From Nitrospirales bacterium (lineage in GTDB: Bacteria > Nitrospirota > Nitrospiria > Nitrospirales > UBA8639): 64,000 bases of DNA. The stretch lies in assembly GCA_965223295.1 (NCBI GenBank), contig CBDCWC010000002.1, positions 960,001 through 1,024,000 of the forward strand, in the 5' to 3' direction. The first letter of the stretch is position 1, and each line of letters begins with the position of its first letter. Below are positions 28,210-37,202 of this stretch, piece after piece. Both the position numbers and the translations under genes were made by a program. The notes under the pieces are model-generated. The model saw nothing but the letters and a program-made list of their open reading frames with translations, made no database searches and was not told the origin of the DNA.

Positions 28210-29397
28210 TTACTGCTCCTCCAGACTTTGACCAAAAAGAATGTGGCTATAGCCGATAGCAAATAGTAGATAGGCGCCGCCCCAACATCCTGCAGCCAAA
28301 AGTAGGCCAGGACCATCAAAGAGATTAAAGCTTGCTCCGAAGACTCTCAAGATCGCTCCAAGATTCACCAAAAGGAAAATGATGACCGTCAGAACGCCAG
28401 CATGCTTGATGCGTCTGGTATGACCGAGACTGGCACGAGTCATGACCGCTAAGGTCATCACCCCCACAGCTCCCGTCGTAAGGGCATGGATGGCATCTTC
28501 CATATGCACGCCGATCCCAAGCATTGCTCCACCAATAATCAGAAAGGACATGGCCAACCAACTATACCCCACATGCAGAATCAACACTAATGGCTCACGC
28601 CAGGTATGCCAGCCATACCAGCGGCTCAACCGAATGACATGCAAGACTCCCGCGAGAACAAAGGCGATACCTGTCACTATTGCAGGACCCTGAATCATCC
28701 AGAGAAGTCCAGCCACCGCAACAAGCAAGATCGAAAACCCATCAAAGCGAGAAAATGACGACGGCCGGTTCGTCAATCCTACCTCTTCCAGATAATCTTC
28801 GGTAAAACCTGGAGTGACTTTTCCACCAATCAGCGCCAAAAATATCATGATCAATGTCAGGCCCAATCGTTCAGCCAAAGCTGTTTCAGCACGATTGAGA
28901 AACAGCCCATGAAAAAGTATGTTGGCGCTCGAATAGAGACTGATCAGTATGCCCATCGGCAACCGATCCCATGCTTGGGCTGACAAAATTTCTCGCCACA
29001 CGATACCCGCAACAACAACAAGAAAAGTCCCATCAACCAGAGCCAGGGCGAGCAGGGGAAACCCCGAAAAGGCAATAGAGAGCCGTCCAATTAACCAAAG
29101 TGCCCATAAGATAATGAGCGGCCATCCTCTCATAGGAGGTCGCTCGGTCCAGTTGGGAATAGCCGTCAGGAAAAAACCCGTCATCACGCACGGCAAAAAA
29201 CCAAAGATCATTTCATGCACATGCCACGCTCGGGACAAGTAACGTAATGGAAGGCCCTCTAAATCTGAGACAAACAAGGCCCAGGCAGGAGTTGCAATTC
29301 CCGCAAAAAGCGCAGCACTGAAGAAGAAGGGGCGAAACCCGTACGACCAGAACGCAAAACCATGGGAGGAAGATTGTGGACTGAGGGAATCAGACAT
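28210..29397 (-). CDS. nnrS: NnrS-family membrane protein (NO response)
   Basis: GFRPFF, WHVHEMIFG, GFFLTAIPNWT, LHVGY, MTRASLGHT. Confidence 0.92.
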   Translation of the reverse strand: MSDSLSPQSSSHGFAFWSYGFRPFFFSAALFAGIATPAWALFVSDLEGLPLRYLSRAWHVHEMIFGFLPCVMTGFFLTAIPNWTERPPMRGWPLIILWALWLIGRLSIAFSGFPLLALALVDGTFLVVVAGIVWREILSAQAWDRLPMGILISLYSSANILFHGLFLNRAETALAERLGLTLIMIFLALIGGKVTPGFTEDYLEEVGLTNRPSSFSRFDGFSILLVAVAGLLWMIQGPAIVTGIAFVLAGVLHVIRLSRWYGWHTWREPLVLILHVGYSWLAMSFLIIGGAMLGIGVHMEDAIHALTTGAVGVMTLAVMTRASLGHTRRIKHAGVLTVIIFLLVNLGAILRVFGASFNLFDGPGLLLAAGCWGGAYLLFAIGYSHILFGQSLEEQ

Positions 29398-29457
29398 AAT
29401 GGACTGGTAAGTTGGTGACTGTGCAGAAAATGGACTTGGATGCGAAACTGATCCAGC

Positions 29458-31068
29458 TTACAAGGGATAAGCTTTATTCACCCATTTCATCACTTTGTGA
29501 AGTTCGGGCTCTGTCATGGCCACCCGCGATTTCTTAAACTGCGAATAGACGGCTTTGTTTACGGTCCCATGAGGCAGTTTACGGGATTGCTCATGAGTCC
29601 GGACATGCCGTTCAATTTGTTTCCGCAAACGATCCACCCTTTCCTTTGGCGTTTCCTGATGAAGTTCAGATTGGACCGATGGAGCCAAGTTTGCCCACAA
29701 TGCTTGGTTGCTCATTCCAAGCACCCCGGAATGCAGCGGTTGGATGCTGGATTCTTCGCGTTGGATCAAGGGCAACACACGCTGCCCGTTTAGAGAGTCC
29801 TCCTCTCCTGGCGGCAGAAAAGATGAAGCGGCATCCGCTATCGCCGTCTGACGTTGTGCCAAAATATACTCCAGACATTCCCGAAACGGGCGATCATCAG
29901 GCGCATAAATATAGGCACGCTGATCGGCATAGGGTCCCGCGAGCGGGTCCATACGCGTTGCGCGATGGACGACCTGCTCAAACCAAGGCTTTGTCCGAAT
30001 ATGCGTCAGACAAATGAGATGCGTAATAGCTGGAACATCTAATCCTTCATACGCCATGGCCACCGTGATGAGGCAGTCTACCGAGCTACGGCCCTGACGC
30101 TTAAAGGCTTTAATCGCATGATGGGCTCCCGTCGTATCTTCACTCGTCGCAATATTAGCCGGGACCCTGCGTTCTTGGAGCCAAGCCGTATACTTTTGCG
30201 CTTGCTCAATATTTGCGGCCACAACCAATAATTTCGAACGAGGATGAGTGACGCGATACACCTGCCAATCCTTCACCCCTGTATGTAACAACTCCAACGC
30301 CGCTTCTGTTTTAAGAGCCGTTAGGAGGGCCGCCGCTGACTGTTTCCCCGCATGGGCTAGGCTTTCCACATGATGTTCAACTCCTTCCGTATCCAACCAG
30401 GTCGCTTGACAATTGGCATAATGAACAGTCAGATCGATACATGCCTGTTCACGTAGAGCTTCTGCCAACGAATACCGAATGACAGCTCTCGGCTCTATTG
30501 AATCCCAATCAACGCTGGCTCCCTGCTTCGTCGAAACATACCGCAAAAATGCTATGGGAGATCCATCACCTCGCTCAAACGTCCCGCTCATGAGCACCCG
30601 GAGGACAGCATGTTCATACAACGGCTGAATGGCCGTGTGCCAGAGTCCTCCTTCTTCGAGATGATGAGGTTCATCCAAAATAAGCAGATACCGTTTCCGA
30701 CGAAATTCTTTGGCGTTGATCTTTCGAGTATCGGCTGCGATGGCTTGATAAGTCGTAACGTAGGCGGCACAGCCTTTGGTTGGATTCGCTTGATTGGTCG
30801 TCATCATGGCCTCTAAGCGATGACCTAAGGCTGTTCGATGACTCGGGCTCTGGAAGCCACGTGCTCCCTGATCCTGCAACACACTGCGTGGAACAATCCA
30901 GCACAGCGCATCGGCTACTGCAGGAATCAAGCGTGCAGCTAAAATCTGTGGCAACAGACTCTTTCCGCCACCAGGAGTTACAGCACAAATGATATCTGTG
31001 AGCTGTCGTCCGTCTAGAATGTCTTGGCAGATGTGTTCTAATTCTCGCTGATGCCGGCGAAGCTTCAT
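29458..31068 (-). CDS. Superfamily 2 DExH helicase (ResIII-like) with short C-terminal helical domain
   Basis: LRRHQ, TPGGGKS, VTTYQ, LDEPHH, MSGT, EGLDVP, QVVHRATR. Real start at ATG 31068, adjacent to the upstream stop. Confidence 0.85.
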   Translation of the reverse strand: MKLRRHQRELEHICQDILDGRQLTDIICAVTPGGGKSLLPQILAARLIPAVADALCWIVPRSVLQDQGARGFQSPSHRTALGHRLEAMMTTNQANPTKGCAAYVTTYQAIAADTRKINAKEFRRKRYLLILDEPHHLEEGGLWHTAIQPLYEHAVLRVLMSGTFERGDGSPIAFLRYVSTKQGASVDWDSIEPRAVIRYSLAEALREQACIDLTVHYANCQATWLDTEGVEHHVESLAHAGKQSAAALLTALKTEAALELLHTGVKDWQVYRVTHPRSKLLVVAANIEQAQKYTAWLQERRVPANIATSEDTTGAHHAIKAFKRQGRSSVDCLITVAMAYEGLDVPAITHLICLTHIRTKPWFEQVVHRATRMDPLAGPYADQRAYIYAPDDRPFRECLEYILAQRQTAIADAASSFLPPGEEDSLNGQRVLPLIQREESSIQPLHSGVLGMSNQALWANLAPSVQSELHQETPKERVDRLRKQIERHVRTHEQSRKLPHGTVNKAVYSQFKKSRVAMTEPELHKVMKWVNKAYPL

Positions 31069-31069
31069 C

Positions 31070-31294
31070 CTACCCTTTAGCGAGTTGAATCGGCGGGTAC
31101 GGATGTTCAGGGTCGCGTCGGACCTTGCCTTTCTGGGTTGGTGATTGACTAATCTGTGCACGGTTGCGAGCACTCACAGGATCTTCAATATGTCCACATT
31201 GCAGGCAACGATCCATGAGAACGACTTGGCTACTGCCTTCTCGATCATATACTGACTCTTTCACGATGAGTCCGCCACATCTCGCACATCCCAT
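31070..31294 (-). CDS. Small zinc-ribbon protein (CxxC...CxxC)
   Basis: MGCARCGGL...RCLQCGHIEDP, AAGGA RBS. Stop lies 1 nt before the helicase ATG. Confidence 0.7.
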   Translation of the reverse strand: MGCARCGGLIVKESVYDREGSSQVVLMDRCLQCGHIEDPVSARNRAQISQSPTQKGKVRRDPEHPYPPIQLAKG

Positions 31295-31942
31295 GCTGCG
31301 TTCCTTTCTTGGTGGAATCAAAAAGGTCTTCACATTGTCGACTGAACCTTGAGGTCATCCTTGACCCTGTCCAGGATATAGAGATACCCAAAATGAGGGT
31401 AATTTGGCAATCACATTAGCAACCTATTTTTACCTAGAAGATAAGCCCTTCGATTCTATTCTTTACTAGACGGCTCTTTTCTCCACTCTCTACCGAAAAT
31501 AATTGCAGAACGATCACTCATATTGTAGAGTCCCCCTCCTTTTCAGATCAGCTTAAGCCATGCGCATCGTTAAGAAAACGCCCTCCTCTGGCCTTCACCT
31601 GAGCCTTTTGATATCCAAACCCTTTATTCAAAACATACACTTGCCTATTTATTAGGCAGACAATAAGGTCGCACATACTTCCTCGGAGTACAAGAAAAGA
31701 ACAACGCCCAAAGCCAAACGAGGAAAAAACGGTTACAGGCATAGAGAAGATGGATGCGTCAAGATAAGGTTTATAACTTGCAGCCAATGCACCCGTCATT
31801 ATTGCAGCAAGCATAGTGACCCTAAAATGGATGAATGCACGGCTTGCCTAGAAGGTGATGAGGTGTAGAAACTTAGCTTTCATCTCTCTGACAATGTTCG
31901 ATGAAGCCTAAGACTGGAGCCCTAGGAATTAGGGAAGCCATG

Positions 31943-32017
31943 CATTCCCGCGAAGGCGGGAATCCAGGTTGACGGCAAGAGAGGACTGAATGCCCGCTTT
32001 ATACTGCGGGCATGACA
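31943..32017. repeat. REP-like bipartite palindromic unit, copy 2
   Basis: CATTCCCGCGAAGGCGGGAATCCAG...CTGAATGCCCGC...GCGGGCATGACA. Confidence 0.75.
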
Positions 32018-32144
32018 AGAGAAAAACTCTTTAACATGTCAGAGAGCAATGAATCTGACACTGTCTGTCAACTGAAGTACAAGTTTTTACAGATGAGGAA
32101 ATCCAGAAAATGCTTATCACCTTCTCTCTATATAGCTCTTTCAG

Positions 32145-32372
32145 ATGAATCCCTCTTCCAATATCACATTGGCTGAATCTCTCCGAAGCCGCCAACGTCT
32201 CGCCTTTTATGAGCGCCGTAAAGATATTGCCAAGATCATGATTATTGTGGTGTTTGTCTTGCCGCTTTTTGGAGTCTATATAAGCGGATTGCTGGGCGCA
32301 GCCTTCGGCACGATGATTTCAATTGTCGCTTATTTTCTTACTCCCTACGCTATTTTCAAACTTGGGACATAA
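32145..32372 (+). CDS. Small hypothetical membrane protein
   Basis: 75 aa with two hydrophobic segments. Confidence 0.5.
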   Translation: MNPSSNITLAESLRSRQRLAFYERRKDIAKIMIIVVFVLPLFGVYISGLLGAAFGTMISIVAYFLTPYAIFKLGT

Positions 32373-32556
32373 AAGCTTCAGACCTCATCCTTATCATCAT
32401 CTTGTTTCGGCACAAACCTCGGCAAAAAATTCACTCAAAAAATATCTAAGAATTATGCTGTGAAAATTAAACTTATACATTAATTTATGCTTTATATTTC
32501 AATTTAATAAATTTGTAATTCTATTATTATCATTGATCAATATGTAAGCTTCCCCG

Positions 32557-33333
32557 TCAAGCGGACAGGTCATAACTAGAGTGTTCTGGTGTTGGTTGAT
32601 AATAGGCACAGGGCGGTGTTCCCCGTAGCGCGTCATGTGGGCGGTGTTCATTGTAGATGGTCATCCACTCGGACGTGAGTTCCCGCACTTCCTCTAAACT
32701 CCGAAACAGATAGAGATTCAGCACTTCATTCCGATAGGTGCGATTGAATCGTTCAATAAATGCATTCTGTGTGGGACAACCGGGTTGAATGTGATAGATC
32801 AACACGCGATTGGCTTTTCCCCAATCTTTTAGTGCCTGTGAGAGAAATTCTGGTCCGTTATCAACCCGAATCATGTGAGGTAACTCCCGCTCAGTCTTCA
32901 AGCGGTCCAACACGCGGATAATCCGTTCAGCTCTTAGAGAGGTATCAATCTCAATCGCCAAGACCTCCCGATTGAAGTCATCGAGGATATTGAAGGTGCG
33001 AAACCGCGTGCCGTGATACAAGGTATCGCTCATGAAGTCGGCTGACCACACCTCATTGGGACCTTCTGGCACAAACACCGGCCAGGAAGGACGCTTGGGC
33101 AGCTGGCGTCTGGTGCGACGAGGCTGATTGTGTCCTAACTGCCGATAGACGCGGTACACCCGTTTGTGATTCCAGACATGTCCGAGGACTCGCAATCGCC
33201 GGATATATTTCCAGATGCCCCAGCGCGGGTACTGCTCCACTAACTGATTCAGGGCCTCAATAATTTCCTGATCACGGATCTGCCAATCAACGGGCGCTTG
33301 GTAATACGCCGACCGAGAAAATTTGAGAGCCAC
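32557..33333 (-). CDS. IS3 transposase OrfB (DDE integrase core), probably expressed as OrfAB by -1 frameshift
   Basis: WSADF, DNGPEF, QNAFIERFNRTYR, YNEHRPH. Confidence 0.93.
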   Translation of the reverse strand: MALKFSRSAYYQAPVDWQIRDQEIIEALNQLVEQYPRWGIWKYIRRLRVLGHVWNHKRVYRVYRQLGHNQPRRTRRQLPKRPSWPVFVPEGPNEVWSADFMSDTLYHGTRFRTFNILDDFNREVLAIEIDTSLRAERIIRVLDRLKTERELPHMIRVDNGPEFLSQALKDWGKANRVLIYHIQPGCPTQNAFIERFNRTYRNEVLNLYLFRSLEEVRELTSEWMTIYNEHRPHDALRGTPPCAYYQPTPEHSSYDLSA

Positions 33334-33404
33334 ACACCCTCGTGTGATCGAGACGCCATGTGTCTCTTGTAGGGACTGAATGGCCTCCCGTTTCTCCGCC
33401 GGCG

Positions 33405-33671
33405 TTAGAGCTTTTTTTCGATCAAATCCTTCAGCGCCCGATTCTCTAAGGCCAGATCCGCATACATCCGTTTAAGCTTCGAGAGTTCGCCTTCTGTTTC
33501 TTTGAGGCGTTTCAGATCCGAGGCTTCTAAGCCCCCGTACTTCGCTTTCCAATTGTAATAGGTCGCATCACTGATGCCATGCTCCCGGCACAAGTCTTTG
33601 ATCTTGATGCCGGCGTCACCTTGTTTCAAGATGGCGACGATTTGGGTTTCGCTGAATCGACTCGTTTTCAT
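33405..33671 (-). CDS. IS3 transposase OrfA (HTH)
   Basis: RFSETQI, CREHGISDATYYNWKAKYGG. Ends in the A7G slippery run GAAAAAAAGCTCTAA. Confidence 0.93.
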   Translation of the reverse strand: MKTSRFSETQIVAILKQGDAGIKIKDLCREHGISDATYYNWKAKYGGLEASDLKRLKETEGELSKLKRMYADLALENRALKDLIEKKL

Positions 33672-33951
33672 GAGAACCTCCTGGGATCATTCTGCCAGAA
33701 CGCTCTACTTTTGGTCTGTTCGGATTTAGGGGAAGCTTACAAATAATTGTTTTAAGTCTAGCAATGATAACGTATCTAAAGCGGCCATGCCACTCGAAAA
33801 ATCTTAATTATTTACATTAATTTCATGCTTAAAAAAACTTCTACTCTCGACATTAGTTACCTGTTGGTCAACCAGCTTCTAATACAATCTACCCTTACTT
33901 ATCTATTACAATTTTAATTTCCGCAATCGGTTACGAAATACTTTCTTCAAA

Positions 33952-34614
33952 ATGAATGCACTCTACTACCCCTTTCATCTTTGCCATGAACGAACTCTCA
34001 TGCGGCTGCTAGAAGAATACGAAAGTATTCATTTTCGTGATTTCATGGCTCTCCAATTGACACCCATGATGGGCACAACAGCCTTTCCCGATCGCATGGG
34101 GGACTATTATCCTGCCTTCAAAGAGACTGGCCGAATCATCCAAGGACATAATCTAAGTGGTGCGATAGGATCGACTACCATGCTCGCGATCAATCGAGAT
34201 TTGGCTGATGCGACTTGGCGGAAGCTTTTTCAGAATTTTCTTCAGACTGATCCTCGTTTCCAACGAGGCTTGTTTCCCAAACCCAAAGAGACAACATCCT
34301 CTCAAAAAGGAGCTGCTGCAACACCTCAATGGCTGCAATTTGGTGGGAAACAGTGGGCAACAACTTCAGTCGACGTGGAGACAATACAACAATTGAGCAT
34401 GCAACACCTCCAAAAAAAAGATGCTGCTTACTTTGACTACGGGTGGGCAATGATTAAAACTGCCGCATCATTGATCTATACCATTCAGCTCTGCCACACA
34501 CTCAATTTGGTGGCAGTCACAGATTCCATGTCACACTACACCTTACTTGAACAGACTTATCACCGAGAACAGATGAAGCTCAAGAATGCCTTGGTAAAGC
34601 CAGAAAGATATTGA
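33952..34614 (+). CDS. Hypothetical protein
   Basis: 220-aa ORF with no recognised motif. Confidence 0.7.
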   Translation: MNALYYPFHLCHERTLMRLLEEYESIHFRDFMALQLTPMMGTTAFPDRMGDYYPAFKETGRIIQGHNLSGAIGSTTMLAINRDLADATWRKLFQNFLQTDPRFQRGLFPKPKETTSSQKGAAATPQWLQFGGKQWATTSVDVETIQQLSMQHLQKKDAAYFDYGWAMIKTAASLIYTIQLCHTLNLVAVTDSMSHYTLLEQTYHREQMKLKNALVKPERY

Positions 34615-34630
34615 TGCAAAACCAACCTGG

Positions 34631-35815
34631 TTACTGTGGAGAAGATTGTTCATCCGAAGCCACATGGCCGCGCATAGATTTTTCAATGATCTGATGCTCG
34701 ATTTCCAATGCAATGACTTGCGCTAATTGCTCAGTCGAAAGGGCACCCATGGGCGAACCATTGGTAAGGGAATAATATGGATCCTCTGGAGCCGCCTTCC
34801 GATGAAGATTAATTAAGATTTTAGCTGGCTGAATGACTCGAAGTTTTTTCCCAGCCTTTACCGCCTTATCTCGTGGTAGCACTCGTGTTCGTGTGGCCCA
34901 ATCACGTGATTCAATATTCACAAACGCCACATTCCAAATTTTCCCATTTAACAAACTTCGAACGGCTTTAGGTGTCTGTTTTTGAAAATGCGATTCACGC
35001 ACAATTCGCTGGAGAGCTTCTCGTACGCGAATATCATAGAACTTTGTCGTGGAATCTTTTTGAGTTGGGTTAACCGGAACAATCGCTCCCACGTCATAAT
35101 ATGGCTGATTCTTTAAGCTGTCATATTCATCAACCGTCGTCAGATACTGCTCGAAGAGCGCATGCAATGCTTTCTCACGTTCCAGTCCGGACATATGATT
35201 GATGTTCTTATTCGTCTGAATAGGGGCATGAGTGAGCTCTCTTCGCACAGCTAACGCTTTTCTTTTTTTTGTGGTATCGGCCTTGCTCAAGACCCATTGG
35301 AACTCTCGAGCAAGAACAGGAATCAACTTTGCTGGATCTTTGACATACCCTCGTTCTTGAAGGTGAGTGACATTTATGAGTAACGTGACCTTGCCCTTCT
35401 GTTTCGTCCGGGCCACAAGAAACAAAAATTCTTTTCCATCACGATTAAATACTCGCGGTTCAAGGGTGACCTTTTTCAAGACTCTCTTTGTAAGGGCCTC
35501 GTCGAAGCGTGGATAGCGAGCTCGATCTGCGACCATCTCACGAAACGCTTTAACTACCGCTTGGATAGCGTCCTGAACCTGTGAGGAAGTTAGTATCTCC
35601 CCCTCATTCGCCGTGCCCTTTGCCCAATACACTTGAAACGGAGCGCCAGGAATAGAATGCCCATCAGATTCTTGAGAGTGCCTTTCTTCAACATGAGCAT
35701 GACCTTCTGACCCTCGGTGGTTGGCCATCAGCAAGCCACTTCCCACCAGCAGCAAGCAAATCACCCCTAAAAGAAGCCCAAGTAACTTACCTCGATATAG
35801 AAAACGTCCATTCAT
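34631..35815 (-). CDS. Hypothetical exported/membrane-anchored protein
   Basis: Long ORF with an N-terminal hydrophobic segment and His-rich linker. Start reassigned to 35815 to avoid overlap with the neighbour. Confidence 0.7.
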   Translation of the reverse strand: MNGRFLYRGKLLGLLLGVICLLLVGSGLLMANHRGSEGHAHVEERHSQESDGHSIPGAPFQVYWAKGTANEGEILTSSQVQDAIQAVVKAFREMVADRARYPRFDEALTKRVLKKVTLEPRVFNRDGKEFLFLVARTKQKGKVTLLINVTHLQERGYVKDPAKLIPVLAREFQWVLSKADTTKKRKALAVRRELTHAPIQTNKNINHMSGLEREKALHALFEQYLTTVDEYDSLKNQPYYDVGAIVPVNPTQKDSTTKFYDIRVREALQRIVRESHFQKQTPKAVRSLLNGKIWNVAFVNIESRDWATRTRVLPRDKAVKAGKKLRVIQPAKILINLHRKAAPEDPYYSLTNGSPMGALSTEQLAQVIALEIEHQIIEKSMRGHVASDEQSSPQ

Positions 35816-35895
35816 TTTAATCACATTTATCCGGTCTTGGTTCTCTGATTTCTCTCGCAACGAAAACATGTGCATTCTCTGTGCTAAGGGCAATT

Positions 35896-36150
35896 TCATC
35901 CATACCGTATTTTTAATATAAGAATCCATCCGGCCAAAATGAGTGTGACACCATTGGCAAGAGCTAAAGGCCAATCATGATTCATAAAGGCATATACACA
36001 CCATAGCACAATGCCTATGGTTAAGATTGAATACATGATCAGAGAGATGTCCTGAGTCTGTTTGGTTTTCACAATTTTAATCGCCTGAGGGAGAAAAGCT
36101 GAAGTCGTACAAATTCCGGCCACGTACCCCATCATCGTCAAAAAATCCAT
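35896..36150 (-). CDS. SemiSWEET/PQ-loop transporter
   Basis: TTSAFLPQAIK...TQDISL, three TM segments, 84 aa. Confidence 0.88.
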   Translation of the reverse strand: MDFLTMMGYVAGICTTSAFLPQAIKIVKTKQTQDISLIMYSILTIGIVLWCVYAFMNHDWPLALANGVTLILAGWILILKIRYG

Positions 36151-36356
36151 TCCATCATCCTCTCGTCATAAAGAATACTCAATCGCCCCTTGAAACTGTT
36201 GCATACATTAGTAGGAATGAGCATCCATCTGTAGATAACGACTATCGATTACCTTATCGTTCGTTTCTAGAAATATCATATTCAAGTTCAGCAAGTGATG
36301 GCGGAGTTCTAACCGTTCTCGTTTATTTTTTTATTTTCAATTTCTAGGAGAGCACC

Positions 36357-37025
36357 ATGTACCAGACAGTGAATCAAGTGACGCGAAAAACTATCTCAAC
36401 AGTTGCATTCACCGGAATACTTTTCAGTGGATTCTGGACCGCCTCAGTACTCGCGCATACCATTACATTTGAAACTGATTTTGAAAATCCAGATGCTGGG
36501 CCAGGAATAATCTTAGACCAAAGTATTGAGAGTCCAGCTCGTATATTTAGTTATGTCGAAGATGATCTTTATGCCACGGCCATTCGTGACCTCGATTCGG
36601 AGAGCCACTACCATCTATTCGGCGACGGCATGGTGATTGGAGGAGACTCTGAAGGCGTTCAATTTACCTTTGGAGGAGTAGAACCTACCACACCCTTCAA
36701 TGTCGAAAGCGTTGAAATTCTAGAGTTTGGGGAAGTTCCTGCCTCGTTTACTCCGTTCTCTGGTGGAGTTGCCGGCCCATCAACCGAAGTGACCACAACA
36801 GGAACGTTAAACTTTGATCCCACTGCCTGGAGTGGAATTTCACATTTTGTTGCCGCCTATGAGACACCGTTACCGGGAGCAGGTGCACGACTCGTCTTGA
36901 CGGATCTCCACCTTCACCCCAGCGACGTACAACCATCTACGGTACCTGAGCCTTCGACTATGATCTTATTAGGCACTGGTTTAGCCGGACTTGCAGCCTT
37001 TCGATACCGTAAACATCGTTCTTAA
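36357..37025 (+). CDS. PEP-CTERM sorting domain protein
   Basis: Signal peptide and C-terminal VPEPSTMILLGTGLAGLAAFRYRK. Confidence 0.92.
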   Translation: MYQTVNQVTRKTISTVAFTGILFSGFWTASVLAHTITFETDFENPDAGPGIILDQSIESPARIFSYVEDDLYATAIRDLDSESHYHLFGDGMVIGGDSEGVQFTFGGVEPTTPFNVESVEILEFGEVPASFTPFSGGVAGPSTEVTTTGTLNFDPTAWSGISHFVAAYETPLPGAGARLVLTDLHLHPSDVQPSTVPEPSTMILLGTGLAGLAAFRYRKHRS

Positions 37026-37063
37026 GAGCAACAATAAGAAATATTTTTCTACTTTAATACAAA

Positions 37064-37096
37064 GAGGCGGCTTGCAGACAACTAGCAAGTCGCCTC
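37064..37096. terminator. Hairpin terminator between convergent genes
   Basis: GAGGCGGCTTGC...GCAAGTCGCCTC followed by a T-rich tract. Confidence 0.6.
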
Positions 37097-37202
37097 CGTT
37101 TCTTTAAAATCCTCTCCTCCTCTGAACAACTCTTCTTTCTCGGCATTATCCCAGATGGCGGTTAGGTTAACCGCTCGGTTCCCACAAACACACTACTGCT
37201 CC

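Larger units (their letters stand above)
32543..33741 (-). mobile_element. IS3-family insertion sequence (IS407-like), 1199 bp
   Basis: Ends TGTAAGCTTCCCC...GGGGAAGCTTACA, AATA direct repeat on both flanks, orfA/orfB organisation. Confidence 0.95.

Noticed and set aside
31069-31173. N-terminal extension of the SF2 helicase
   Set aside because: It overlaps the Zn-ribbon gene. The helicase Q-motif begins right after ATG 31068.
31548-31814. 88-aa ORF upstream of the Zn-ribbon gene
   Set aside because: No RBS, motif or protein-like pattern that I can support.
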